Positions 45,177 to 55,673 are shown, numbered from the stretch's first letter. The stretch: 64,000 nucleotides of DNA from Phototrophicaceae bacterium (GCA_965262005.1 OZ253492.1:207321-271320); one strand, 5' to 3'. Program-made: numbers and translations. Notes: a model not told the origin generated them from the sequence alone.

Positions 45177-45773
45177 TTATTGTTGCACGAGGATGCCGTA
45201 ACCCCCGTTATCTCGCCGATACAGTACGTTGACCTGCGTCGTAACTGTATTCATGAACATGTAGAAGTTGTGATCCAGCAATTCCAATTGCTCAATGGCT
45301 TCTTCTTCGTTCATCGGAATCAACTCGACCTGCTTCCGGCGGAGAATTTCGGTACGTGTAGCCTCGTCGTCTTCTGACAGGGCGTATTCCGGCACATCCT
45401 CGGCAATGTCCAGCTCAGCCAAGGTTGCGCGGTAACGGTCGCGTACTTTCTGGTTCTTCGATTTTCGCTTGCTCTTGAAGCGGTCAATTTGCCGATGCAG
45501 TTTGTCGACGGCTTTGTTGATGGCAAAGCGAATCGTATCGCGACTCTCGATATCCATCCGTTCTTCCGCGCGCAAGATGGCGCCACGGGCATGTTGTATG
45601 GTGATCTGGGCTATCGCAATGTCCGCGCCGCGGTGTGTACGAATAATCGCCAACTCGACACCCACATGGAATATATTGGGCAGATAACGATCGAGCTTAT
45701 CTACCCGCGAACGAGTATAGCTGTCCAATGATTCCGAAATCCTGATTCCATCTCCATGAATCCTGATATCCAT
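45177..45773 (-). CDS. hpf: ribosome hibernation-promoting factor (long form)
   Basis: N-terminal S30AE/sigma-54-modulation domain and a C-terminal dimerisation domain (PMNEEEAIEQLELLDHNFYMFMN...VNVLYRRDNGGYGIL). Confidence 0.85.
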   Translation of the reverse strand: MDIRIHGDGIRISESLDSYTRSRVDKLDRYLPNIFHVGVELAIIRTHRGADIAIAQITIQHARGAILRAEERMDIESRDTIRFAINKAVDKLHRQIDRFKSKRKSKNQKVRDRYRATLAELDIAEDVPEYALSEDDEATRTEILRRKQVELIPMNEEEAIEQLELLDHNFYMFMNTVTTQVNVLYRRDNGGYGILVQQ

Positions 45774-45799
45774 ATCGAACCTCCCGGCGAAAAAGTTGA

Positions 45800-46489
45800 T
45801 TATAAAGCGTGACTAAGGGCGATCCCGTAAACCATCTTCGCCTTCCGCTCACGCAGCGCCTCGGCACATGCGCTCAAAGTCGAGCCCGTGGTGATAACAT
45901 CGTCGACAAGCAAGATAGACTGGCCCGCCACATCCGCGCTGGCCTGGAAAGCGCCTGCGACATTTTGACGACGTTCAGACGCGGCGAGCTGCGCCTGTTG
46001 GGTTGTCCCGCGAATCCGACGGAGCCATGCCGATTCACAGGGTATGCCCGTGGCTTGCGTTACCTGCAGGCTCAACAGGTTGGACTGATTATATCCTCGC
46101 TCGAACTCTCGGCCAGTGTGCAAAGGCACCGGTACTATGGCATCAATTTGCCACTTCTGCTGGTATAAACAAGCGACCATGCGCGCGGCCAGGGGCTCAG
46201 AGAGTTCAGTTGCGTCGTGGTACTTGAAGGATTTTACTGCAGATTCAAGAATGCCGCGCTGCGCTCCGGTGGCGCGGACCTCGTCCAAAGAGTCCGGGCG
46301 ACTTGTGGCTGACTGAAGGGGAAGAGAATCTAACTGGCATCGGCAGTTAGCGCAGAAGCGATAGTCTACGCGGCCGCAGTGACCGCACCTGGGTGGGAAA
46401 ACGAGGTCGATAAGCCAATCGTTTACATAGGCGGCAAAGACTTCGAGCTTTGAAAGAGTGCTTGTTGTGGATGCTGTTTGTTGCGCCAT
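45800..46489 (-). CDS. comF: ComF-family phosphoribosyltransferase-domain protein
   Basis: Start taken at ATG 46489. Zinc finger PPRCGHCGR...CANC and PRT motif ILLVDDVITTGST. Confidence 0.7.
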   Translation of the reverse strand: MAQQTASTTSTLSKLEVFAAYVNDWLIDLVFPPRCGHCGRVDYRFCANCRCQLDSLPLQSATSRPDSLDEVRATGAQRGILESAVKSFKYHDATELSEPLAARMVACLYQQKWQIDAIVPVPLHTGREFERGYNQSNLLSLQVTQATGIPCESAWLRRIRGTTQQAQLAASERRQNVAGAFQASADVAGQSILLVDDVITTGSTLSACAEALRERKAKMVYGIALSHAL

Positions 46490-46636
46490 CCGTAACGATC
46501 TCCCGCGAGAAGCACGACGACTGCACAACTTCTATTGTAACATGGCAAGGCAATATTTCGTTGAACGATACTTGGCCAGTGGACGCGAATTCATCCACAT
46601 TTCTGTCCATAGGGTAAGCCAGGCGTAAGCGCCACG

Positions 46637-47509
46637 GTGGCGCATTCTATAGGGGCGGGCGGGCTGATTCATGCTATAGTAAACGTGAAGAACTTGCTCA
46701 TACAGGCGGCGCAATCAAAGGAGCGCAGAGAATTGGAGAGGGTAAGCCGGGCGGGTTTGACATTTTATCGAAACGAGGCTTGGAAAGACCTCCGGCATGG
46801 CATCTTCACACGACATGGCGGCGTCAGCAGGTCTCATTGGGAATCGCTGAACCTGGGCGCGTCCATCGGCGACGACCTCGAGTCCGTCGAAGAGAACCAT
46901 CGGCGCATGTACGCCGCTGCCGCCGTTAGTCCCGGGCGCGCTGTAAGCTGTTGGCTGGTTCACAGCGTCAGGACACTAGTGGTCAACGGGCGATCGCCAT
47001 CGAAGGGCAATCTAGAAAAGGCAGACGCCATTATCACTGATGAAGTGGACCGACCGCTGGTAATGCGCTACGCTGACTGCGCGCCTCTGCTAATCTATGA
47101 CCCCGTGAGGCGAGCTATCGGCTTGGGCCACGCGGGCTGGCGCGGAACGGTCAAAGGCATGGCAGCAACTATAGTGCGAAACATGAAGTCCGCGTTTGGC
47201 TGCCGGCCGCAAGACATTCAAGTAGTCATCGGTCCGGCAATCTCGCGCCGCAACTATCCGGTTGGAGAGGAAGTCGCTCGGCAGGCGGAAGCCTATTTTG
47301 GCGCTGGATCGGGTGTTGTCGTTCGTGATCCGCCAGACGAGACGCCCACATTCGATCTACTGCGCGCCAATAAGTTGGACTTTTCGCGGCAGGGCGTGAC
47401 TGAGGTGGAGGCGCTGGAAATTTGTACCTTCGAGAATACGGACGAGTTTTATTCGCACCGGGCTGAAAAGGGCTTGACGGGACGGTTCGGCGTGGTGATT
47501 TCCTTATGA
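46637..47509 (+). CDS. pgeF: YfiH/PgeF (DUF152) purine nucleoside phosphorylase/peptidoglycan editing factor family
   Basis: HGIFTRHGGVS, ADCAPLL, GLGHAGWRGT, FYSHRAEKGLTGRF. The start is uncertain (GTG 46637 or GTG 46685). Confidence 0.75.
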   Translation: MAHSIGAGGLIHAIVNVKNLLIQAAQSKERRELERVSRAGLTFYRNEAWKDLRHGIFTRHGGVSRSHWESLNLGASIGDDLESVEENHRRMYAAAAVSPGRAVSCWLVHSVRTLVVNGRSPSKGNLEKADAIITDEVDRPLVMRYADCAPLLIYDPVRRAIGLGHAGWRGTVKGMAATIVRNMKSAFGCRPQDIQVVIGPAISRRNYPVGEEVARQAEAYFGAGSGVVVRDPPDETPTFDLLRANKLDFSRQGVTEVEALEICTFENTDEFYSHRAEKGLTGRFGVVISL

Positions 47510-48228
47510 GCATCGCCGACAATATCCGACGTGTTGAAGACCGAATCGCGGAAGCGTGCGCCCGGGCAAATCGCGATCCGGCAACGGTAGTCCTGGTCGG
47601 GATTGGCAAGCAAAAGCCGGCATCAGACATCGTCTGCGCTATCGAGGCGGGATTGCAACATATTGGCGAGAATCGCGTAGAAGAAGGCATAGGCAAAATC
47701 CCGCAGGTAATGGGAGCGACCAAAAGCTCGGTGACCTGGCACATGGTCGGGCATGTGCAGAGCCGCAAGGCAAAGCAGACGTTAGAGCAATTTGATGTTG
47801 TACATTCAATTGACAGCCTCCGATTGGCGCAGCGCTTCTCCCGCCTGGCGGTGGCCATGGAAAAGGAACTTGAGGTGCTGCTGGAGATTAATGTTTCGGG
47901 AGAAGCATCGAAATATGGTTTTGAGGGTTACAATTGGAATCGGGACGCGGCGGTAAAGGACGGATTGCTGGAAGCGCACAAGGAGATCACAGAATTGCCG
48001 AACCTAAATGTATGCGGCCTGATGACGATGGCGCCGTTGGCTGGTGATGAGTCAACGAATCGGCGCGTCTTCGTCGATCTGTGCGCGCTGCGTGAAGAGT
48101 TACAGTTATCAGCGAATACTTCTCTGCCGGAATTGAGTATGGGCATGACCGACGATTTTGAGTTGGCGATTGAGGAGGGTTCAACGATGGTTCGCGTTGG
48201 GCGCGCCATATTTGGAGATAGATCTTAG
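47506..48228 (+). CDS. yggS: YggS-family pyridoxal-phosphate homeostasis protein
   Basis: VLVGIGKQKP, HIGENRVEE, WHMVGHVQSRK, LSMGMTDDFELAIEEGSTMVRVGRAIFG. Confidence 0.88.
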   Translation: MSIADNIRRVEDRIAEACARANRDPATVVLVGIGKQKPASDIVCAIEAGLQHIGENRVEEGIGKIPQVMGATKSSVTWHMVGHVQSRKAKQTLEQFDVVHSIDSLRLAQRFSRLAVAMEKELEVLLEINVSGEASKYGFEGYNWNRDAAVKDGLLEAHKEITELPNLNVCGLMTMAPLAGDESTNRRVFVDLCALREELQLSANTSLPELSMGMTDDFELAIEEGSTMVRVGRAIFGDRS

Positions 48229-48259
48229 AAGGAACGCTTATGGAAAGGCTAAGAATCTG

Positions 48260-48505
48260 ATGTCTGCATTGTTCGAATTGCTATACCTGGCACTGAATGC
48301 GTATCAATTGATTTTGCTGGCTCGTGTCTTGATGACCTGGCTGCCGAATCTCGATCCCAACAATCCGATTGCTCGCTTCCTTTATCGCGCGACGGAGCCC
48401 GTTCTGGCGCCGATTCGCAACGCGCTGCCGCCGATGGGTGGCATTGACCTGAGTCCCTTGGTTGTGTTCTTGGGGATCAGTGTCATCATGCAGCTGGTGC
48501 TCTAG
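48260..48505 (+). CDS. yggT: YggT-family membrane protein
   Basis: Start at ATG 48260. YQLILLARVLMTWLP...EPVLAPIR...GGIDLSPLV. Sits downstream of yggS, as is usual. Confidence 0.72.
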   Translation: MSALFELLYLALNAYQLILLARVLMTWLPNLDPNNPIARFLYRATEPVLAPIRNALPPMGGIDLSPLVVFLGISVIMQLVL

Positions 48506-48552
48506 ACTCGCGCCTGATTTGGTCAACGCAGCGGTAGCTGGAGCGCGGGCGC

Positions 48553-49254
48553 CTAGAGCTTGATCAAGATCCGGCCGCAGCTCTGACAATTGACTATGTC
48601 GTTGCTGCGGCTGATAGCGATGATCAGCATGCTATTTTGCTCGATACCGCAAACGGTGCAGGCATCGTCGCTTAGTACCGAAACGGGACGATTGGAGTTT
48701 TTCGCGCGCATCCGGCTATAGGTCTTGAAGATGTCGGCCGGTATTTCGTTTACGACCGCTTGTCGTTTCGTCAACTGCTCACTAACTGTGGCTTTCAGAT
48801 TTTTTTTCTCAGCCAACAGTACTTTATTCTCGGCGTTGCGGACAGAACGCGCCTCTTTGAGCGTTGCCTTGCTCTCGTCCAGTTTCTGTTGGCAGTCATC
48901 GCGCTCTGCGACGATACGCTTCAATTCGTCGTCGAGAACGTACTTGCGCCGGGTCAATGATTCGATTTCCATTTGCAGGTCTTGCATTTCTTTCGGGTTT
49001 TCGACTTCACCGCTGTAGAGGCGTGTCTCGCTGGCTTCTCGTTTTTCCACAGTCGCCGCAACTTCAAGTTCCATGTCTTTGGCCCGCTTTGCCGCGTCCT
49101 CGTATTCAGTCTTCGTGGCTTCAAGCTTCGTCTCGGCCTCACGCAATGCCTCGTCATCTTCGATCTGCAGGTCGATGGCCTTCAACCGCATTGTGTGATC
49201 GATGATTTCAAGTTCAAGCTGTTGAACACGATACAGCGCCAGTACATCCGACAT
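48553..49254 (-). CDS. coiled-coil protein with C-terminal C4 zinc ribbon (COG1579-like)
   Basis: Start at ATG 49254. Long heptad region, then CTVCGI...CQSCGRIL. Confidence 0.6.
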   Translation of the reverse strand: MSDVLALYRVQQLELEIIDHTMRLKAIDLQIEDDEALREAETKLEATKTEYEDAAKRAKDMELEVAATVEKREASETRLYSGEVENPKEMQDLQMEIESLTRRKYVLDDELKRIVAERDDCQQKLDESKATLKEARSVRNAENKVLLAEKKNLKATVSEQLTKRQAVVNEIPADIFKTYSRMRAKNSNRPVSVLSDDACTVCGIEQNSMLIIAISRSNDIVNCQSCGRILIKL

Positions 49255-49347
49255 GGTTGTAGTCCTCTTCACGATTTTTTGATTGCATGGTAGCCCCTTA
49301 ATGATAACTCAAGATGTAAACTACTGGTCAGAGAATAACCATTTCTT

Positions 49348-50910
49348 ATGAATCTCCACGAAAGACGTCGCCGGAAGCGCCGACGTATGCAAGGGGATGC
49401 CGTGAACAGAACGCTGGAGGCAGACCTAATGGCCGGTCCAATGCGCCGCCTGACTACGGAGCGAACGGCCATAGCGATCGTCTTTATACTGCTGTTTGCC
49501 TTGGCGAGCCGGGTGGCGGTGGACCCAGACATGTGGTGGCATATACGATTGGGCCAACAGAGTCTCGAGACCGGCAAGATTGTGTATGAGGACAGCTTCT
49601 CGCATACACGCAGCGGGTTAGTCCACAAGAATCATAGCGGGTTGGCGCAAGTTGTCATGGCATTCTTGTGGCGGTTGGGCGGGCATACGGGCTTGACTCT
49701 ATTTACGGCGTCAACGGCCGTTGGCGGAATGATGTTTTTATACGTATCGGGCCGCGGAAGCATCTATATGCAGGGGTTCGTTTTGGTCTTGGGGGGAGCT
49801 TGCGCGGCGGCATTTTGGTCACCGCGTCCGCAAATGTTCACCTTTCTGTTTGCCGCGATTCTGCTTTTTCTGTTGCGGCGCCTGAAGCGGAACGGTCGCT
49901 CGCCGCTCTGGTGTGTGCCCATATTGATGTGGCTCTGGGGAAATCTCCACGGCGGATTCATTATCGGTTTCGTGTTCATCGGCGCATTTATCCTGGGAGA
50001 AAGTCTGAATCGAATTCTCGGCACCGGTGAGCAGGCAGTCTCGTCCAGAAATCTCCGACGACTCTGTGGCATGACTCTATGCTCGTTGGCGCTGCTACCG
50101 ATTAATCCGCTAGGACTGGATGTGTTCGCAGTGCCATTTGAGACAATTGGCATAAGCGGGTTGCGTCAATTCATTCAAGAATGGAAGTCGCCAGATTTCG
50201 CGCAGGCGGCCACATGGCCCTTTGCAGCCTTAATCGTCGTAGTACTCGCGGTCAGTTGGGCGAGCCGGCGAAAGCTTGATTTCGGCGAATGGCTGTTAGT
50301 TGGCGGTACTTTGATCATGGCGCTGTATTCCGCGCGGCACATTTCACTTTTCGCCATCACGGCAGTTCCGGTTGTCACGACGGATTTGGATACGGTGTTG
50401 GCACGCAGAGGCTGGGTACTAGCCCGCCGCAGCGAAGAGACGCCAATTCGCACAGTTCTGAATCTCTCTCTAATTTGCCTCGTTGCGCTGGGCACGATCG
50501 CGCGCGTTGGTTATGTCTCAAGCCCCGAAACTGTTAGTCAATCGCTGGCGTTGAATTATCCGGTGGCGGCGGTAGACTTCCTCAATGCGGGGCCCTTGGA
50601 AGGCAATCTTTTCAACAGCTACAATTGGGGCGGATACTTGATACTTCATGCAGCCAAGTTTCCAGTATTCATTGACGGGCGCACCGATCTGTATCGTGAC
50701 TTCCTGGATGAGTACATCGCGGCTGCATTCGGAGTGCCGGCCTGGCGCGATGTTTTCGCGAGGCAGGACATTGAAATCGCTCTGATCGAGACCGCTGGTC
50801 CGCTGGCTGGGCGACTCGATACAGACGAGAGTTGGCGGCGAGTTTTTCGCGATGATGTAGCCAGCATATACGCCCCGATGGACGCCAAGGTTGAGGTCGC
50901 ATCTCGATGA
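49348..50910 (+). CDS. polytopic membrane protein (possible glycosyltransferase-C-type fold)
   Basis: At least 10 predicted TM segments and a periplasmic C-terminal domain. No precise family recognised. The start is uncertain. Confidence 0.5.
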   Translation: MNLHERRRRKRRRMQGDAVNRTLEADLMAGPMRRLTTERTAIAIVFILLFALASRVAVDPDMWWHIRLGQQSLETGKIVYEDSFSHTRSGLVHKNHSGLAQVVMAFLWRLGGHTGLTLFTASTAVGGMMFLYVSGRGSIYMQGFVLVLGGACAAAFWSPRPQMFTFLFAAILLFLLRRLKRNGRSPLWCVPILMWLWGNLHGGFIIGFVFIGAFILGESLNRILGTGEQAVSSRNLRRLCGMTLCSLALLPINPLGLDVFAVPFETIGISGLRQFIQEWKSPDFAQAATWPFAALIVVVLAVSWASRRKLDFGEWLLVGGTLIMALYSARHISLFAITAVPVVTTDLDTVLARRGWVLARRSEETPIRTVLNLSLICLVALGTIARVGYVSSPETVSQSLALNYPVAAVDFLNAGPLEGNLFNSYNWGGYLILHAAKFPVFIDGRTDLYRDFLDEYIAAAFGVPAWRDVFARQDIEIALIETAGPLAGRLDTDESWRRVFRDDVASIYAPMDAKVEVASR

Positions 50911-51461
50911 AAAAGCGCTATCGCGACAGTGCTCTGAAGGGTCTATTCGCGCAGTTGCAGTCGGACGATTTTGATCGTCGGGAACATGCGCTCTTTCAGA
51001 TCGCGCTCATGCTTCAAAGGCAAAACACCAATACAGCAACGCAGTATATGTCTGATCTTGTCGGCGAGAATCTCCCGCGCGAATTACTGCGCTTGCGTCT
51101 GTCTCCAGCTGAGCAAGGCCAAATAGTCGATCGTCTTTCGCTGCTCGTTGCGAGCCGGCGCGATAGTCGAGCATCCGCCTTTTGGGCTCTGGGCGAGGTC
51201 GCTGCCGAAATCGGCTGGGAGCCGACATTGGCATTGCTGAAATCCTGCGGGGCGCAGCTAGACGAAGAAGCGGCGTACCAAGCTTGTCATGCGCTGCGGC
51301 GTTGGCTGGAGACCGAAGCTTTGACGACAGAGCAGGTCAACATGAGTGTTGACACTTTTGATCTCGTTGACATTCTACGGTTCTGGGCGGATTCGAGCGA
51401 TGAACGTCTGCGGAGAGCGGCGAGCATGACGATGGATCGCGTACGCAAGCATAGGCGATAA
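50907..51461 (+). CDS. hypothetical helical (HEAT-like?) protein
   Basis: 4-nt overlap (ATGA) with the upstream gene. All-helical composition. Confidence 0.4.
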   Translation: MKKRYRDSALKGLFAQLQSDDFDRREHALFQIALMLQRQNTNTATQYMSDLVGENLPRELLRLRLSPAEQGQIVDRLSLLVASRRDSRASAFWALGEVAAEIGWEPTLALLKSCGAQLDEEAAYQACHALRRWLETEALTTEQVNMSVDTFDLVDILRFWADSSDERLRRAASMTMDRVRKHRR

Positions 51462-51621
51462 GCGGCGTTCTTCCTGTTAGTTAAACACCTGCACTCGCAA
51501 GGTTCGTCGATTTCGGCGACTGTCCAAGCCAAGAGATGAATTCAGACGTGAGCAGGCAAGAGGCCTGGATTTTGCATTATAATATGGTCGTGTAGATTGA
51601 ATGGATCGGAACGATACGCGA

Positions 51622-52359
51622 ATGTCAAGTCTATTCGACAAGATCTCAACTCTGGTTAATGCGCAAGTAAATGACCTATTGGGCAAGAATCCATCTTCGC
51701 CGCTGGCTCGCATCCGCCTGAATGCAGAAGAGGCTGAGAAGAATCCACAGCGCTCGGCTCAGACCCTGCGTCAGCGCCTTGATGAAGCGATCAAATACGA
51801 AGACGATTTGCAGGCCAAGATTGATGACCTGATGCGCGAGGCGCTCGAACTGGATGCAGAGGTTGACGCATGTTTGGATCAGGGCGATCAGTTTGGGGCG
51901 CGGCGGCTGCAGAGCCAGTTGAATATTAAACAGCAGCAACTGACGATTGCCGAGTCCGAATTGCGCGATCACCGCATGGTTACAAGACATCTCATGCAGG
52001 AGATGAGCGAGCTGGAATCGGCGCTGGATGAGCGGGAAAGTCGTCAGGGCGCTCAAACGCCGGGCGATGGCAGCCAACGGCGCGCGATGCGGATTCCGGT
52101 TGAGTCTGGCAGTGCATCGCCAGCGGAAGCTATTGTCGGAAGCGTCGCGGAGAAGCTGAATGAGGCGCGCGACAGCATTGAGAATCTTATAAACCGAGCT
52201 CCGACATCAGCCCCGGCTGCCAGGACGGGCGCGAGGGAAAGCATCGTGATCGTTGATGAAGAGCCGGACCCGCGCCAGCCAAAAGCGCCCAAGAAAGATC
52301 CTGTCGATATGAATCGCCGGCTATCCCGCTTGAGCAAACCCCCCGAAGACGATAGCTAA
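51622..52359 (+). CDS. PspA/IM30-like coiled-coil protein (tentative)
   Basis: Start at ATG 51622 (MSSLFDKISTLVNAQVNDLLGK...). Long amphipathic coiled coil and a disordered C-terminus. Confidence 0.45.
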   Translation: MSSLFDKISTLVNAQVNDLLGKNPSSPLARIRLNAEEAEKNPQRSAQTLRQRLDEAIKYEDDLQAKIDDLMREALELDAEVDACLDQGDQFGARRLQSQLNIKQQQLTIAESELRDHRMVTRHLMQEMSELESALDERESRQGAQTPGDGSQRRAMRIPVESGSASPAEAIVGSVAEKLNEARDSIENLINRAPTSAPAARTGARESIVIVDEEPDPRQPKAPKKDPVDMNRRLSRLSKPPEDDS

Positions 52360-52377
52360 GCCCCACCATACAGCCGC

Positions 52378-53154
52378 TTAGATTCCGATGTTATGACCAG
52401 GCTCAAGAGATTCGATAAGGTCTTGCATTGACCTCTCGAAATAGGGGAAACCTAGCCAGGCGCTCATCAAGCCGAAGAGTCCGCCGGTGATGATACGGAA
52501 GATTGGCGCGGTCTCGCGGACCTGCCAGAATTCAAATGGCGGATAGCTCAGCAGTTGGCTCAGGCCGTCTATGCCGACGGGACCTAGTCCCACGAAGACA
52601 TAGAGCCAGATAGGCAGCGGGCGGATTCGCCAGCGATAGCGCGAGTAGATCAGACCGCCTGCGAAGAGCATGGTATAGATGGCGAGGTCGCGCGCGCAGA
52701 GACTGGTTTTGTAACCGAAGGTCTCGTCGCCAATGAAATGGCGAGCTGCGATCTGTTGCGCCACACTGAATTCTTGCAGTGCCTCTGCAGTTCCCGCCGC
52801 TGCGTTGCCATAATAAAATGCTGACCAGTGGCTAAACTGCCGCTGGAATGCGTCTGAATGCGCGGCGAATTCTTCAAAGGGCAAATAGTCGCTGCCAGCC
52901 TCGGCTCGCGGATAGAAAGCCTGCTCGCCAAAGACGAAGACTGAGCGGAAGGCGAATTGATGGCAGAAGGGACTGTACAGCGTATAGATCAGGTCAGCCG
53001 CTCCCGCTAGGCCAAGTTTCGCCAGGCTCGGCGCAACCCAGGGCAAGCTGCTGTAGACAAATAGAAGAGAAAGTAAGATACGCAGCCAGTTGCGCGCAAC
53101 TACCAGAAGTAATCGCTTCACTCTGAATGCGGCCTGTTTGACGAGCTTTGTCAC
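52378..53154 (-). CDS. DUF2085-family membrane protein
   Basis: FCHQFAFRS and LCARDLAIY motifs with flanking TM helices. Confidence 0.55.
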   Translation of the reverse strand: MTKLVKQAAFRVKRLLLVVARNWLRILLSLLFVYSSLPWVAPSLAKLGLAGAADLIYTLYSPFCHQFAFRSVFVFGEQAFYPRAEAGSDYLPFEEFAAHSDAFQRQFSHWSAFYYGNAAAGTAEALQEFSVAQQIAARHFIGDETFGYKTSLCARDLAIYTMLFAGGLIYSRYRWRIRPLPIWLYVFVGLGPVGIDGLSQLLSYPPFEFWQVRETAPIFRIITGGLFGLMSAWLGFPYFERSMQDLIESLEPGHNIGI

Positions 53155-53157
53155 GGC

Positions 53158-53721
53158 TTACAGAGACTCCACTCTTGGCGCAAGACGCTCTACTTCGCCT
53201 AACAAGTGATCGTATGTTACCTGACCGAAGTATACGTTTTGAATGAGCTGGTCTTCATCAAGCAGGTAAGTTGTCGGCAGGCCTCGAACTTGGTAGCGAC
53301 GTGCTACGGTGAGCGATGGATCAAGCAGAAGATCGAAAGTCAGATTGAGTTCGTCTCGCCAGGCAGCAACGGCTTCAGGGCTTTCACCAAGATTCACGGC
53401 CAGGATGCGGAGCCAGTCGGAGTGCCGATCATGCAGTCGCTGCAAGTCACGCATCTCCCGGCGGCAGGGCGCGCATGTAGTGGACCAGAAGTTGAGAATT
53501 GTTACGACGCCAGCAGCCGGGTAAAGCGCCACCTGCCCGAGCGTTGCGTTGCGCAGCGCAAACGCCGGCGCCTGCGATCTCAATTCTGCTGCGTAGAATT
53601 GCTCGGCACGGCTTCTGTTTTTACTGGGCTGGGGCAAGCCCGCCCGTGTGACGATGATAAAAGCCGCGCCCAAACAGACGAACGCGGCAAGTAGTCTAGC
53701 GGCTTGCTTCAGTTTGATCAT
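53158..53721 (-). CDS. TlpA/ResA-like thiol:disulfide oxidoreductase
   Basis: Signal anchor plus thioredoxin fold with WSTTCAPCRREM. Confidence 0.78.
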   Translation of the reverse strand: MIKLKQAARLLAAFVCLGAAFIIVTRAGLPQPSKNRSRAEQFYAAELRSQAPAFALRNATLGQVALYPAAGVVTILNFWSTTCAPCRREMRDLQRLHDRHSDWLRILAVNLGESPEAVAAWRDELNLTFDLLLDPSLTVARRYQVRGLPTTYLLDEDQLIQNVYFGQVTYDHLLGEVERLAPRVESL

Positions 53722-53738
53722 ACGGTAGCGAGCGTTTG

Positions 53739-55673
53739 CTATTTCTCGGCAAAGGCATCATTCAGCAAAGTACTGAGTTGCGCTTCGGTCATGATACCAA
53801 AGTGCCGCGCCAGAATAACCCCGTCTTTGCCCAGCAAATAGGAGCTCGGTCGCGTCTGTATGCCATAGGCATAGTTGATATCGCCGCTATCATCCAGCGC
53901 GAGCGGAAAGCTGAGTCCATACTCGTCTCGGAAGTCCGCCATGGCGTCCTCATTGTCGTTGTAGGCGATCGCTACGATTTCGAATCCACGCGGCTGCCAT
54001 TCTTCATAGGCTTTTTGGAATTCGGGCATTTCCCGCCGGCAAGGTCCACACCAGGTGCCCCAAAAGTTCAACAGCACGACTTGGTCACGCAAGGCGGCCA
54101 GGCTGATGCTCACATCGTCAAGCGTCTCAATCGTGAAGTCAGGCGCGCGGTTTCCCTCGGTCAAGCCCACGGTGGGCAGGAGGTCGGAGGCGATTTCTGA
54201 TAGGGTATTCAGCAGGTTGCTCGCAAAGGACTGCGGCGCTGCCTCGTCGGCGGATGCAATTGGTTCTGACTCGCGAATCTTGACACGGAAACGCGCCGTC
54301 TCGACCGTAGACGCATTTTTCAGGACGACGCGGTATAGCCCGCCATCGACCAATGAAAAGGCGGTCAAGGGATAGAATTTGCCGTCGACGGCGATACTGT
54401 CTGATTTGGCGCCGCGGGCAAGTTCAGTGTCTCCGGGAGCGTACAATATCATTTCGAAGTCGGGCACAGTTTCGTTGATGCTGCGTACTTCAACATCAAT
54501 GATTGCGCCTGCGTCGGCATGGAAGAGAAACTCTTGCAGCGGGGATTCGAGTGTGAATCTCCCGCTGGCGCTTTGATTGATCGCAACCGGAATGAGCGCG
54601 CCATTGAGGCAGGCGCCCAAGTGGCTCAGATGCAGACTGCCCTCAAAGACACCGACGCCGCATTCTTCGACGCGCAGGGTAAAGTCGGCGAATTCACCCT
54701 GAGAGAAGGTTTGGCTGAGGCTCTGCAATTGACCGCTAGCTACCAGTACACCGATGGCAATGAGGAGCGAGCCGCTGAAAAGTTTTATCTTGTTCATCTG
54801 CCGCTGCAGCCGCCGTAGTACACCCTGCGCGCTGTTGAGCAGCAGCGCCGTGATGACGAATGGAATGCCCAAGCCGATTGAGTAGGCAGTCAGCAGCAGC
54901 ATGCCTTGGGCGATATCGCCGGTTGTAGCGCCGGATGTCGCCGCTACGGTCAGAATCGTTCCGAGCAGCGGGCCAATACAGGGCGACCATCCGGCGGAGA
55001 AGACCATGCCCATTGCGGCCGAGCCGAGCAGACCATCGCGCCCGCTGGTACCGATATCTCCACGAGTATCAGAATAAAGCAGCGCTTCGAGCCGTTCGAG
55101 CAATCGATTCCAAAAGACGGCCGGCCGTGTGAACGCGCCATTTGCGATCATTGCACCCACCAGGATCACAGACAGCGGCAAAGCGAATTGTGTCTGCTCC
55201 AGGAAGCCCCAGTAGAAGATCCCTGCAGCGACCACAGCAAAGCCAATGCTTAGCAAAACATTGTCCAGCAGACCGGCCTGTCCCTTCTTGCGCAGCCAGA
55301 CGAAGAAGCGCGGCGCCAAGCCCATAAACTGGAAGCCAAAGAATATGATTACCAAACCGCCGAAGCGACCAATGATTTCAGTGAAGGCGCCGACATGCTG
55401 CCCGGCGACGCTGGATAGCGCGGTGGTGAACAAGCCGATCAGCACGAAAATCATTGTGAAGCCAAGGACGAAGGCAATGCCATGTAACAGCAATTGAAGG
55501 CGAAAGGCCAGGCCGACCGGCGAGACCGTTCCCGCGGACGTCTGCTTGCTGACATTGTGAGTCAAGCGCCCGCCCATATAGCCGATATATGCGGGTACTA
55601 GCGGCAATACGCAGGGAGAAATGAATGACAGTATGCCGGCAACCAACGCCAAGCCTATCGTTACGTTTTCCAT
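53739..55673 (-). CDS. CcdA/DsbD-type cytochrome c biogenesis membrane protein fused to a beta-sandwich and a TlpA-like thioredoxin domain
   Basis: N-terminal ISPCVLPLVPAYIGY and WSPCIGPLLG (CcdA motifs), a middle soluble domain, and C-terminal WGTWCGPCRREMPEF. Confidence 0.78.
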   Translation of the reverse strand: MENVTIGLALVAGILSFISPCVLPLVPAYIGYMGGRLTHNVSKQTSAGTVSPVGLAFRLQLLLHGIAFVLGFTMIFVLIGLFTTALSSVAGQHVGAFTEIIGRFGGLVIIFFGFQFMGLAPRFFVWLRKKGQAGLLDNVLLSIGFAVVAAGIFYWGFLEQTQFALPLSVILVGAMIANGAFTRPAVFWNRLLERLEALLYSDTRGDIGTSGRDGLLGSAAMGMVFSAGWSPCIGPLLGTILTVAATSGATTGDIAQGMLLLTAYSIGLGIPFVITALLLNSAQGVLRRLQRQMNKIKLFSGSLLIAIGVLVASGQLQSLSQTFSQGEFADFTLRVEECGVGVFEGSLHLSHLGACLNGALIPVAINQSASGRFTLESPLQEFLFHADAGAIIDVEVRSINETVPDFEMILYAPGDTELARGAKSDSIAVDGKFYPLTAFSLVDGGLYRVVLKNASTVETARFRVKIRESEPIASADEAAPQSFASNLLNTLSEIASDLLPTVGLTEGNRAPDFTIETLDDVSISLAALRDQVVLLNFWGTWCGPCRREMPEFQKAYEEWQPRGFEIVAIAYNDNEDAMADFRDEYGLSFPLALDDSGDINYAYGIQTRPSSYLLGKDGVILARHFGIMTEAQLSTLLNDAFAEK

